Below are positions 21,207 through 41,061 of a stretch of DNA of 64,000 bases, in pieces. Source of the stretch: Epithemia pelagica (Eukaryota; Protista; Bacillariophyta); contig OX337236.1 of the NCBI GenBank assembly GCA_946965045.2, positions 3,224,001 to 3,288,000 on the forward strand, written 5' to 3'. Position 1 is the first letter of the stretch. Every line of letters begins with the position of its first letter. A program made the translations under genes and the position numbers. The notes below the pieces were generated by a model. It was not told the origin of the DNA and did not search any database. It saw only the letters and a program-made list of their open reading frames with translations.

Positions 21207-23139
21207 CTCCCTCTGGACCGTATTTGTGTCACGAATTGAAAAAAAATACTGTAACTTTACGGGCTTATGTCCGTTTATACTAAAAATTGTATAGATCGGT
21301 CAGTCTTTCCAAGACCTACATTTCCATGTATAATTTGTATGTTCGATCTCTCATTTCTGGAGCCATACGAGGGAACTAAAGCACACCAAAAAAACTTGTC
21401 GAACTTTGCCGTACCGGTTCATGCCCCCTGACTCCTTTCAAGACCCAGCCCTTCTAGGGGAGGCCCAGGGGGGTCCAAAGAGAAGGGAAATGCGTCCCCA
21501 AGACCGTGGACGTGCCATGGTGCTTCTCCTGGCCTTGGCTAAAAATGGCAAGCTTCCTAATGGTGCCATTTCAGATGTCGCCAAAAAATTTGGTGTTCAC
21601 AGAACCTCTATAAGTAAACTTTGGGCGCGTGCCAAGCTGACTCGTGTGTCGGGCGTAATTAACTCACCAGAAATGCGATCCAAGGCTTGCAGGCGCGGAC
21701 GAAAGCGTATCTATTTGTCTCCGATCGTTAGGGAGGCCGTTAAATCAATCCCTCTACTTCGTCGAACAACACAGAGAAAACTCTCCGCCGAGTTGGATGT
21801 TGGCAAGGGAACTGTGCAACGATGGAAAGAAAGAGGCATTCTGAAGTCTCACACCAACTCATTGCGTCCATACCTCACAGAAACAAACAAGCTGTCCAGA
21901 TACCTCATGGCAACTTCTTTTATCAGTAAGACTAAGCCCGGTGAGTACCAGGATATGATGGATTTGATTCATTTGGACGAAAAATGGTTTCATGTGTCGC
22001 GCGACGGACAGCGTTTCTTGCTAACGGATGATGAACCAAAGCCATACCGGTCATGTAAACACAAATCACACATCACCAAGGTAATGTTCCTATGTGCTGT
22101 CGCCCGACCTCGTTTTGTGCCTTCTATGAATGCTTGGTGGGATGGAAAGCTTGGCATTTGGCCTGTTGGAAAGTGGGTTCCGGCGCAACGCTCTTCCGTG
22201 AACAGGCCAAAGGGCACCCGCGTGTGGAAAAACCAGACAATCACAAGAAAGGTGTACAGGGACCTACTGATGGAAGAATTGATGGAAGCTATTCTATGTA
22301 AGTGGCCTGAAGGGGACAGGAACAGAAGGAAAATCAGACTTCAACAAGACGGTGCAAAAAGCCACATTGAGGAGAATGATCCACATTTTGTTGAGTTTCT
22401 CAAGGCAATGAAAGAGAAAGGAATCAATGCAGAGTTCTACACACAGGCAGCCAACAGCCCAGACACTAATATATGCGACTTGGGTTTCTTTCGAGCAATC
22501 CAAAGCTATAGTTTGATTGTTGGATCGGATGAGAAGCTGTTGATTGAAGGAGTTCAAAAAGCGTACGAGGAATACCCAAGAGAAAAACTGAATCATACCT
22601 GGCTGACATTACAATCTTGTTTCAATTGCATTATTGAGCAGGAGGGTGGCAATGATTATGCAATTCCCCATATGAGCAAGGAAGCACTTGAAAGGAGAGG
22701 AGAGCTCCCCCTTGTTCTGGAGGTGACCGATGCCTACTCACATCCTTCAAACAACAATTTGCATGTAGACTCCTAATGACACTAGTATATCTATTGAATA
22801 CCTGGCCGACCTCCAAGTGAGACAGGAGGCGGCCAGGGGCTACGGCCATTGATTGTCACCATAGGACAGCATTTGATATTAGGAAGGGTTTGTTTGTTCG
22901 TGTTGTTTGTTTTGTGTGGCTGGTGGAGGGAGACAAATGAGCGTTCATACCGATGGGGAGTTGGTGTTGAAGACTAGGATGAGTTTTAGGCACGTGTCTC
23001 GTGGTATGTTCATCTCTAAAATTCGACTCCGAATGAGCCGGCCAGTTCCCCGTAGGTTTGTACCAGGGTCTACGTGATGTATTAAGGCGACTAATTTTAC
23101 TCGTTGGTCGCGCGAGACACAAATACGGTCCAGAGGGAG
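21207..23139 (+). mobile_element. Complete Tc1/mariner element of the plant-type (DD39D-related, Stowaway-like TIR) group, 1933 bp
   Basis: Perfect 24-bp TIRs CTCCCTCTGGACCGTATTTGTGTC (21207-21230; 23116-23139), flanking TA at 21205-21206 and 23140-23141, intact transposase. Confidence 0.95.
21490..22776 (+). CDS. Mariner transposase, catalytic spacing DD42D
   Basis: IHLDEKWF, KVMFLCAVARPR, WDGKLGIWP, LQQDGAKSH, NSPDTNICDLGFF; likely ATG at 21490. Confidence 0.92.
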   Translation: MRPQDRGRAMVLLLALAKNGKLPNGAISDVAKKFGVHRTSISKLWARAKLTRVSGVINSPEMRSKACRRGRKRIYLSPIVREAVKSIPLLRRTTQRKLSAELDVGKGTVQRWKERGILKSHTNSLRPYLTETNKLSRYLMATSFISKTKPGEYQDMMDLIHLDEKWFHVSRDGQRFLLTDDEPKPYRSCKHKSHITKVMFLCAVARPRFVPSMNAWWDGKLGIWPVGKWVPAQRSSVNRPKGTRVWKNQTITRKVYRDLLMEELMEAILCKWPEGDRNRRKIRLQQDGAKSHIEENDPHFVEFLKAMKEKGINAEFYTQAANSPDTNICDLGFFRAIQSYSLIVGSDEKLLIEGVQKAYEEYPREKLNHTWLTLQSCFNCIIEQEGGNDYAIPHMSKEALERRGELPLVLEVTDAYSHPSNNNLHVDS

Positions 23140-23816
23140 TACCAGACAATTCATGTGGGAAAGAGTTCGTGCTTTCATATTATAGATCATATTTCCATGA
23201 ATCACTCAAAATACAGAACTCCGGTATCGACGGATCTGCGTCAGGTTTGGTCAAGCTTAGTACGGATCACTGTCAAAAGCACGTCAATGTTTGGAAGTCG
23301 CCATAGGTGGGATAGCTCGTGTCATGTTCCCATTTCCCAGCATTTGCCAAGTCTAGCTAGCAGACTCCCAAGATCTAGATTGCCGCCAAGACCACAGTGT
23401 ACTTATACTTGCCAATAGAATGAAGCAAAACTTGGACAAAAGTGCAAAAGAGGGGATGAGAGAAACTTTGCTTCGAGTGTCCCCCGCTTGCAACCATTGA
23501 CGCGTCGTATCTGTCAAAAATGGTTCTTCTCCCGACGTGACGAAACCTGAGGTCTGATATACACCTATTCATGTTTAATATTCGTATTTGATTTTATCTC
23601 TCATCTCTTATTAGACTCATATGGACGGTCCTCTGTTTGGGCTACCTGAGCTACCTACCGTACGTACTTATGAGAATGAAAATGGGAAGGAGCTTCCCTC
23701 TCTCATTCAAGACAATAGGCTGTTTCTGTTCTGACGTTGTTGAGGCTCAAATCCATGGCCTTTCGAAATGCTCTAGATTTTTCTCATTCTTTTCACGGAG
23801 GAAATGAAAGAATACG

Positions 23817-23953
23817 AGTATGCACAACTGTTCATAATAATAATAACTCATTGATTAGTTTAAATTAAACTGCCGGAGGCTTTAACGTCGCTGGTGAACC
23901 TAAGGGAGACGAATCCCGCCCGGCCCAGTCGACCAAGTATGCACAACTGTTCA
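23817..23953 (-). mobile_element. Putative 5'-truncated non-LTR retroposon (LINE/SINE 3' end), 101 bp, with an 18-bp TSD
   Basis: Perfect direct repeat AGTATGCACAACTGTTCA at 23817-23834 and 23936-23953 flanking a 101-bp insert that ends (minus strand) in a (TTA)4 tail. Confidence 0.55.
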
Positions 23954-24155
23954 AATTACAGCTCTATCGGTACTTGTGCTGTCTCTTCTGATGGAGGGAA
24001 AAAACAATATCTAATTATTGTTTTTTTCCTCAAGAGGCCTAAGACATTGCTCCATCACTGATAGATCTCATTTTCGAAAAGATACGTCTCTCATTTTCTC
24101 GTTTCTATTTGTTCTTTTGGATACTGGAAATCTAGGAACGATATCAACTGAGACA

Positions 24156-26230
24156 ATGAAGCTTTCCTTTTCCATGATGATCGCCACCATGAGTGGTCTT
24201 GTTGTTCCCTTCGCAGCCGGTACGTAATCACCTTCTTGGACAATGAAGCAGAATATCCTCTCCTCACCGAGTTTCTGTTTTTAGCCAGCGAGGACGTTTT
24301 GCCGGCCCACACCATGTGGCTCATGGGCAAATCCGGAGTGTACGTGATGAGTCCCGATGGATCCGAAACGTACCGTACCATTCCGGGTAGCGCCATTTGT
24401 GGAGAGAACCCCGATCCGAGCGACTGGCGCTTTTGTCGGTTCAACAGTGTGGTTTCGGACGGTCAAAAGTATGTGTGGGCTGGCGTCAACCGTGGCAAGG
24501 CCACGGTCGATCTCTTTGATCTGGCGACCGGGGCCATGGCAGGAGCCTTTGAAACCTGTCCGGAAGCCAGTGAATTGGAATACCATTCCTTGCGCAATGA
24601 AATTTGGGTCCGTTGCGGTGATTTGGATGTGAACAGTACCGATCCTACCCATTTGGATGTAATTTCGGCTTCCAATCCTTCGGGTGAGATTCAAACCAAC
24701 ATTTTGGCCCAGGAACGCGCCCTCCAAGATGGCTTGTCCTCGAGTGGAAAGTCTGTCATCAACAGTGACTTGGGAGATGTGGGATACATGACGGACAGCG
24801 AACAGCCCTTTTTGTTCAAGATTGATTTGAGCACCAAGGAGATTATTAACAAGTTTGAGATGCCGGATCCCAAGCCTCATGGACTGGAAGAGGCGGCCTT
24901 CTCCAAGGTCAACAAGCACATTTACCTTCGTACCTCCATGTGTTGCAGCTGCGGAGCCACGGATGGATCCACGGATATCGACTCCTGTGGACGTGGTCCA
25001 GGATCCGACGTTACCCCCACTACGGGTATTACCGCGTACGTATATTCCACAGAATGCCTTGTTTCAGATTTCTCTTAAATACTCTGATTCTCATGTTGTT
25101 GGTGTCTCACACAATGTATTTCGTGTGTCGTGTAGTGGCCAAACGGTTACGGGTGTGTGTGGTGGAAGCTGTGAAGGCAAGGCGAATGTCGATACCGTGG
25201 GAGTCCTTGAATTTGATACCACCACCGATACGATTGTCGGATCTCACACGTTTGCCGATGGGATTGGTGGTGATCCTCATATTTCTCCCGATGGCCGTAC
25301 GTTTTAGAACTGCATACACTCCAAGTTGGATGAATAGGAATATTCGAGATGGATAGGATCACTCACGAGACTGCGTTTCGTTTGTTTTGTCTTACAGGTT
25401 TTGTGGTCATGCTCGGCCGTAATGCCGGTAAAACGATTCGTATCCTCAAGGCCGGCACGAGTGGACAGAAATCCACCGTCTTTGTGGATTTGGAGCTGGG
25501 CTTTGAAACGGCCGGCTTTGAAGGACTCCGCGTGGCCCGATACGTGGGATTTGTGGAATTCGGCGGCCAGACCTTGTTTATCATGCCGTCGGGAACCGAG
25601 CACAAGATTGCCATTGTCGACTTTACGGGAGAAAGTCCCACGTTTGGTGTGACCAAGGTGGTCTTGACCGACGCCGTGTTTGAAAAGGGCAATGCGCCGC
25701 ACGGTCGGTTCCGTCGCGTCGCGTGGGCCGTAGACACTCCCTTTGTTTGGACGAATGATAGCAGTGAAGATGAAGTCTACGTTGTGGATGTGATTCAGGG
25801 CAAGGTCGTTCGCACTCTTTCCATGGATACTTCCACCATTGTGTCGGTCCAGCATGTGGCACATGCTCGCGAAGAAGCCATGAAGGCCGATATTCTGCAA
25901 GAGGTGCAGGCGAGCTTGGACGCCCAGGAAGCTTCCTTTGAGGCCCGACAGAAATCGGCGGCCTCCACCAATCCACAAGGCAACACCCCAGACAACAAAA
26001 ATGACAAGGATGATGACTCGAATGAGGCCTTGAGCATTGCGGCCATTGTCATTGGAATGATTGCTCTCGTGGTCGGTATCGCCAACTTGATTGTGATGCA
26101 GTCTCTCAAGGCCAAGATGCTGGCCAACAATAGTAATGCGGTTCCGGCGCAAATTGCCAAAGAAAAGATGGACGATGAAGTGGGATCCAAGACGAGCGAA
26201 CAGCAGCCCTCCATGGCATCCGTGGCTTGA
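24156..26230 (+). CDS. Secreted beta-propeller (YVTN/cd1-like) type I membrane protein, 4 exons, ~602 aa
   Basis: Exons 24156-24219, 24285-25035, 25136-25296, 25398-26230 are joined by GTACGT...AG introns and all splice in frame (1809 nt). Signal peptide MKLSFSMMIATMSGLVVPFAA; blade-like repeats (VDLFDLATG, LFKIDLSTKEI, VLEFDTTTDTI, VYVVDVIQGKV); C-terminal TM ALSIAAIVIGMIALVVGIANLIV. Confidence 0.8.
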
Positions 26231-27589
26231 ACACCAGGATCGTCCTTGTAGGCCAGGCCAACCCCCATGAGGGAACATGGAACGGAAATCGATTGCATGG
26301 AAAATAACAGTTATCAAACATGTATATATATAGTGTTCTTGTTGACAGTGGTGTAGACTTTACAGAGAATCGGATGATTAGATCATGTCCAGCCCAGTCG
26401 CTTGTCCAATTCCCAGCATGGCAGGAGAACCAACTGGCCTTATTGTCGGCACAAGAACAGTTTGATCCAACCAAACCTTGATTCGTTGAACTTGTAATAC
26501 CTAGTACCCCACATATCCTCCAATGGCGTAGCAGTTGCTATTCCTGGAATCGTTGACCAACAAGGTGGTCTCCACCAGCAATGATTTCGGGTCGACCACC
26601 ATACTCTATCCTCCGGGACAAATAATGTCCTAGAGTGCTCCTCCTGTGATCCGAACGTGCTCGATTGCCAGTGTTGTGGAGGCAAAAGAGGATGGAAACG
26701 GAGGAATCGTCCACAACACACCACAGGTGTTGCGCAAAATGTGTGTGTGGTTTGTCCGGTAAAGAGACATTCAAAAGGACCTGTTCCCCGCCCGGCGTAC
26801 CAGAGACTCTGCCGGCGCCAGACTACGAGATAGAGTAGTGCGAGCATGCCACGATCGAGAGCTTTCCCCCATCGCATCAACAATGACTGATGTGCGTCAC
26901 GGGAAAATGTCTCTGGTACTCTACTACGAGTAGAGCGAAGTAGTTTACAACTAGGCGAGACAACATGTATCGTTTAAAATTATATCTCATATCAGGTCAT
27001 TCTCGAATGATAGGTTGTGTGTAAGGCATCCGGGAGCCGGGAGGGCTCTCCCCCACCAGTCCCTTTGTGACGGATGACGGATGGCTTTTGGGTTTTGTGT
27101 TTTGTGGTGTTCTCCCCTCTCCTTGGGACTGTTTGCGGTTTTTGGGTGTGTGTCTTTCTTCCTTTTTTCTGGAAACTCTCTCTTCGCGGTATCTCCATGG
27201 ACCATTGCAAACTCGAACGACGACAACAACGGGGGTTTGTGGTTGTTGCTGCAACAAGTGTTTGCCGTTTGGTATAGAGAGAGACGATTTTGGAGTGCCA
27301 GTGTGGTGACGATCCGAATCCGTTCGAACCGATTCCATAACGACCACGGGGAACCAAAAACCTGTCACGCTGTCCAATCCACAAAGGAAAGAACAACACT
27401 CTACCACGTTTGTCGTACATTCTTGGTGAAAGAACGAGAAAATACTTGGTTCACACACATAGTCGGATCCAACTAGCAAGAGCGACTTTGAGGCTCACGG
27501 GGCACGGAGCATCTTATATTTGTGAAACCTGAAACAAGGTGGTGTCGTGTTGGAGATTCCAAACCAACCAACCAATCATAATCATTATC

Positions 27590-35528
<7,939 letters not shown>

Positions 35529-36285
35529 GCATCCTCCTATCAATATCATCATAATCTTGATTGTAGTTGGGCAGGTTTGGGGTGGGAGTCGTGTGTGGGG
35601 AGGAGATTCGCTCCAGCAAGAGACAAAAGGGACTAGAAACGCAACGAAACGAAATCAATGGGGACAGAGAAGGGGGCGATATACTGGGCGGATAGAGAGA
35701 GGGGGGATCTACTATCCGATTTGAATTTCATGTAACTGTACCAGTATATAGTACTTTGGGTGTAGTAGAAACCAATGAGAGCCAACGTCCAATATCGTCT
35801 TGTGTCAAACGGCTTGACTGACTTTCTCCGTCACTCCCCTCCACTACCTATAGTGCTTTCCAATCAACTGTTTTTTGGTTTCTTTTGGAACGACAATCCT
35901 CCACCAGCATCGACCGACCAACGAGGGCACCCGTATCTTCAACCACAACAATCTCTCGTTGTTTTGTGGCACCGAGCATCAGTCTGGATGCCAAGTACAT
36001 TCTGATACCAACAAGGAGGAACTAAAAAAGACGAACAAACCACGACGAGAGTCACAACAGCAAGACCAACCAAACAACATTGTGTGGTCCGACATCAATG
36101 AGGCACGACACTGTCACAGACTGGTATTCTGGAGACGTATGGACTTTCCGGCACGAAAAAGCCGACGACGAGTGATTTCGACCAGGAACTATCGTAGACA
36201 GGTAGGGTCGTTTACTCCATTGCTTCCACCAACAAGTATAATTCTGCACTAGAAGAGCTTGTGGACATTGTTCTACTAGGTATTA

Positions 36286-37240
36286 TTAATTTGGTACAGA
36301 ATGGATAGTGTGGTTTGTTTCGTTGGGGCAGGTTTTTCGGTAATCATGTTCAATTCGTAATCCATACTCCTCCAAACCTTGCACACTCTGTGCAAATTCA
36401 TCAAATATTTGGAAAATGGATTGTTTCAAAGATGTGTAGGCGCTTTTCCAAAAAGTATTGAAAGTCCTCTGCCTCAAACGATGAACTCAGGGGCGCAAAT
36501 TCTGTTGGCAATGTACACATGCGGCGACTCTGGTTCCGTTGCGTAAAGTAGGCGGCTAGAAAACCTTGTTGACCATGCCCCGATTCCATGGAATCTGGCT
36601 TACTGACATTGAAGCGGTGATCTTCCCGACGATGGACACTTAGTAGGACTTGGATGAAATCATCAAACAGTGCCTTGTTTGGTTCAATGACCATGGCACC
36701 ACTGTTCCATTCTATATTGTCTTTGGCCTGAATGGCACAGGGAGCTGGATACTCAAACCAATGCATGATATTTCTTCGAATGAGAACATCTTGATCGAGT
36801 GTGATGAGTTTGTCGTACTCGGTCAAATTGAACAGAAACAGCTTGTTAAACGTTCCGGCCCACAAGCCTTTGTTTACTTTTCCCAGCACATGGGTTTTGT
36901 CCACCACATGAATGTGCTCTGGTGGAAACCACTGCTGGAGGGCAGACCACAGCTTGGGATTCTCCTGGATAAACAAAGGATGCGTGACGGTCACAAGTGG
37001 AATGTTCATGCCAAACTTCTTCATTTGATTGCGAATGGAATAGATGCCGTACATGTTTTCTTCTTCATCGACAAAGGTTGCCACAGCATATCGTGGCACT
37101 TTGGCAACCTGATGGGTGGACGACAGGGCCTGTTGTTGGGGAATCAGGACGTGTGTCGTACTACAAGCCATGAACACTGCATTGAGCAGGGTAATGCCCA
37201 GAACTACCACTTGCACAGCTTGTCTCCAATGATTCATCAT
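36286..37240 (-). pseudogene. Glycosyltransferase family 8 (glycogenin-like) type II membrane protein, copy A; 3' end frameshifted or deleted
   Basis: N-terminal anchor AVQVVVLGITLLNAVFMAC; FNKLFLFNLTEYDKLITLDQD (DxD), WNSGAMVIEP, GQQGFL. After ETIHF the usual KPW motif is absent and a protein-like tail continues in another frame to 36286. Confidence 0.75.
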
Positions 37241-37901
37241 CCTGTCGCTCGCTTCGGAACAATCCAGATCACCAGGAATATCGAGTGCCAAACAAGAGAG
37301 TATTATAGGGATTCTTCTAATGTAGAATGGCGGTGGATACCAAATCGAATCTGCCGACGACGAGGGGGGATTCTTATTTTGTGAGAGCGGTACAAATCCC
37401 AATGAAGTATAAGTTTGCGGATGATGATGGCGTGCGCTATAAGTCATGCAGGCCGAGACAACTTTCCTAAGTAATTATCGCATTCATCAGGCATACTCGC
37501 CAATTCCTTGGAGGACAATAGCAACAGCTTCCGGGAAACGATAACGTGAAACATGATGTGAAAAGCAATACAGAATGTAACGGTGGGCCGGACCCGCGTC
37601 CCCGCGGCCGTTACTCTCGGCTCTTTGGTGACGGGGGCCACACGCACACACAGTACAGTCAGTTAGAGGGACCACTCGAGGAGCGTGACACGCGCCCTCA
37701 CAGATGTTCCCACAGTTTTCGCGGTTGTTGGGGAACCTTTTGTACCGAAACGATTCCACACGACTCGTGACGGTGCGCTCCCCTCACAGTCAGTCCATGT
37801 GTCCGTTGTGTCGACATTCGGTCGCCGATTGATTCACCCAAATTTGCGGTCGCGTGAAACATGTCAGTCGCTCACAAAAAGGTGACGTTCTCCGTTCTCC
37901 A

Positions 37902-37934
<33 letters not shown>

Positions 37935-38867
37935 GCTCATCTGTTCTGGGACGGACAGACGTGTCCTGCTTTTGGGTCGCTTCTCTCTCCAACTCCCTTT
38001 GGTCTTTTTCTGTGGTTTGGCGTTTGGCAAGAAGAGACAACCCCAGTACTACAAACTACAACCACGTATATTGGATCTTGGGGCAATGCTGCCATACCAC
38101 ACCAAGTTGGTTGTTTCCTGGTGTGTGTTTAATACCATCTTATGTCAACCGGCATGACTTACTTTCTCCACTACCTAGAATCGTCTTTCCACCTATCTAT
38201 ATATAGTAGAAGAAAGAAGAAAGCAATTCTGGAACCCACAAACTGTGCCACGACGAAGAGAGATCAAACACACACATGTGTGTGCGTGTTGCCCGTGTCA
38301 TGTGTATTTTGCCTCTAAAAACAAGAGTCTTGCCTTTTGGGGGTCTGAATGATGATAATAATGATACTACGTATGACGATGATGAGCTGTTGGTTGGTTC
38401 CATAACAAAGTCCTCGATAGTGCGACTCTTTCTATATGACGCTGCTAAAGAGCGACTTAAACGCGGCAAGGATCCAAAGCTAGCTAGAGGGAAGGAGAGG
38501 TAGACATGGTAGAGCCCCTACTGGAAACTGAAACGCGAGCTTTCTGGTTGGGCCTCCTTTCAAGGGACATCGCGATGGTCCCACAAAACGCAGTGTTGGG
38601 AGGGTGAGTGTTTGCCTCCTTTGTGGAACATCCAAGACAGTGTGTGAGACGGTGTGATCCCATTGAACGAGAGAGAGAGATAGAGAGAGAGGAAACAGTT
38701 CTCTCTAGAGATTGCTCGATTCCAAGCGCGCTTTTGTCGTCGTCGTGCTTGTGTTGTGGGTCCGTGTTTGTTGGTGTTGAAAGAGAAACCATCTCCAGTC
38801 TCAATCTCGCTCTAATATTGGCGCATCAAATTACGATCCAACCACAACAACAAGAGGAAGAAGAACC

Positions 38868-39590
38868 ATGACGGCGGCTCGGAGAAATCACCAGACGCTG
38901 GAGGACGACGATTCGTCTCGTCAGGAAGAGGAGGCAGAGTCTTCGGAGGAGGAAGCACCGGCCGACCATTCCTCCTCCTCCGAAGACGAAGAAGAGGAGG
39001 AGGATGAAACGACACACCATGTCATGGCCATGGTGACCCGTGCGGCCACAACACTGGGATCGTCCACCGATGTCAATACGGACAGTGAAACGGACCACGA
39101 CGACGAACCCACCAACGACCATTGCAATGACAACCATAACAACACGAAACACGAGGCCACGACCAAAACCACGAGTGTGGCGGATATTCGGCAGGAAATG
39201 AAGCAACGGCACAAGGAACGACTGCGACAATTGCAACAGGAACGAGACCAAAAAGAACAACAACCACAAGAACAAGAACAACCACGAGCCGTCTTGTCGC
39301 GCAATCGATCCAATCGAGCCTTGCAAGTGCCTCGTCGATTGTCGGCCGGGGGAGGGAATTATACCATGGCATATACTGGATCGTCGTCTTCCACTGGACC
39401 CAAATCCCACAAAGATCAACAGCAACGACGACGAGCCTCCATGGAATCGTCTTCTACCGCACGGCCTCGACGACGTCTCTCCATGGAACAACAACACAAC
39501 AACAAGCAGCAATCTCGACGGGACAGTGCCAGTGGAGGTACCCGTACGCGACCTGGTTTGATGCAACGAGGATCGTCCCGGCGACTTGTC
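38868..39590 (+). pseudogene. Acidic/Ser/Arg-rich low-complexity gene, copy A, 5' part (interrupted; 3' part at 44429-44584)
   Basis: Matches the intact copy 59855-60739 up to RRLVV; the remainder (LNTDQNRP...TKLQW*) resumes at 44429-44584. Confidence 0.75.
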
Positions 39591-39977
39591 GTCGTCGCAG
39601 CACTTGGGGACAATGACTGGGTTGCCGTTTTCGCTCGTTCTGTTGTTACCGCTGTCCGTATTCTTGAATCTAATGTACGTGCGCACAACCGCAAACGATC
39701 CGTTGTCATGGCAATGCGCTTGCATTACTTCACTTGAGGTTACGGCGGCAGCGGCGGCGCCTTCACCAGGCAACACTAAATCATCCATCATGATGCAATG
39801 CTCCGACCCAAATTGATTTATTGTGAATACGGCAAATATATGTAGTGGTGGACCATTCGACGAGGCTTCGTTAGCGAACCATGTCGTGTTTTGGACCGTA
39901 AATCTGACTTGCGACTCGGCTTGTCGAACGATTGTGATTGGTGGTGCTTCCGCTCCAAGGCCTTCAACGCGTCTACT
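39591..39977 (-). pseudogene. Exon fragment of a Cys-containing extracellular-type domain
   Basis: PPITIVRQAESQVRFTVQN...EHC...QAHC...AVVRTYIRF...VIVPKCC follows an acceptor-like TTTGTTTCTCAG; cut at the insertion junction. Confidence 0.45.
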
Positions 39978-40120
39978 GAGAAACAAAACTGGATCAACAT
40001 AAATGTTCCTATATATATTTGACTACCAAGGAAACAAACCAAGACGCGGATAAACCCACATCTTCACGTGTTTTTTCATTCAGAATCCTCTTCATCCAAT
40101 TATTCCAATAAAGTTGCTAC

Positions 40121-40696
40121 CTACTGTGTAAAAATCATTGCGGGAAGGGCCATGAAGGCTATCATCAAATAGCTAGAGCGGTCTCTTCCTGGTGCTGCAG
40201 ACTCTGTCGGCGGCTCTGATCCTGTCACATTTGTAATTAAGCTGAGAGTCCATTCTTCCTCCTCATTTTTTTTGAAAATGTAAACTCCTTCGTCTACGTA
40301 TCGAGGCACACCAATTGCAGACCGGAGGGAAAAGGTGGTAAGCGCTGGGTGTCCAGGAGGATTCCATTGGACATCGAACAATCTATCAAATGGAATTTCG
40401 GCAAAAACTCCATCACTTCCATTAGCACCAAAGTTTGATACCAGCCATTCCTCTGCTAGGCTGACGTTGTTACCTGCAATCGCGTCTGTGTCGTATGTTC
40501 CAGCTTCGTTCCCAGCGGGAATACTCGGTGCTTTGATCAGAGTTCCATACCCGGAATTTCCCTCGAACAGTAGCACATCTTCAGAAATGACCTTGAAATT
40601 AACAAGTTCAAAAAGTGGTAAGGTTTCCTCGGCAGTAATGGCAATCCAATCAATGGCGAGAAGGATTACCAGGCGGGGCAAGGAAGAAAGGCGCAT
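40121..40696 (-). CDS. Small secreted, probably GPI-anchored protein, 191 aa
   Basis: Signal peptide MRLSSLPRLVILLAIDWIAITA; N-glycosylation sequons NVS, NGS, NVT; small-residue site ESAA followed by a spacer and hydrophobic C-terminus YLMIAFMALPAMIF. Confidence 0.65.
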   Translation of the reverse strand: MRLSSLPRLVILLAIDWIAITAEETLPLFELVNFKVISEDVLLFEGNSGYGTLIKAPSIPAGNEAGTYDTDAIAGNNVSLAEEWLVSNFGANGSDGVFAEIPFDRLFDVQWNPPGHPALTTFSLRSAIGVPRYVDEGVYIFKKNEEEEWTLSLITNVTGSEPPTESAAPGRDRSSYLMIAFMALPAMIFTQ

Positions 40697-41061
40697 TTTG
40701 TGTTTTTGTTGGTGAAGCTGCTGTTATTTTTATGTCGTCTCAAACAATGCGTGTACTGTGAGGATTGCCATACCCATGTAAAATAGCACGGTATAAAAAT
40801 TGTGATCTTTAGGAATTACGAGGAATTAGGGGGAATGAGGAATCCACAGTGCCACGTGCGACGAGAAATGACTGGAGGAGGAACAGCCAGATGGCGGAAG
40901 ATTCATGTCGCAGTGTCAAGAACGCGAACCGGGAATGGAACGTGGTGACACGTATGACGGGATCCATATAGGGGTACCGCACTCTACCTCTCCCTGGTCG
41001 GACCTAGGGAGTTCGAGCGGGACAAGAATGGGAAAGCTTGGAGACCAGCATTAAAACCCAT

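Noticed and set aside
22801-22838. Hairpin downstream of the mariner stop codon
   Set aside because: Single short inverted repeat; bacterial-style terminators are not expected in a eukaryotic locus
24220-24251. Alternative 32-bp first intron of the beta-propeller gene
   Set aside because: In frame but very short; the acceptor at 24284 (TTTCTGTTTTTAG) gives a 65-bp intron with a better pyrimidine tract
26340-26900. Possible degraded minus-strand gene
   Set aside because: Fragmented frames; no domain recognised
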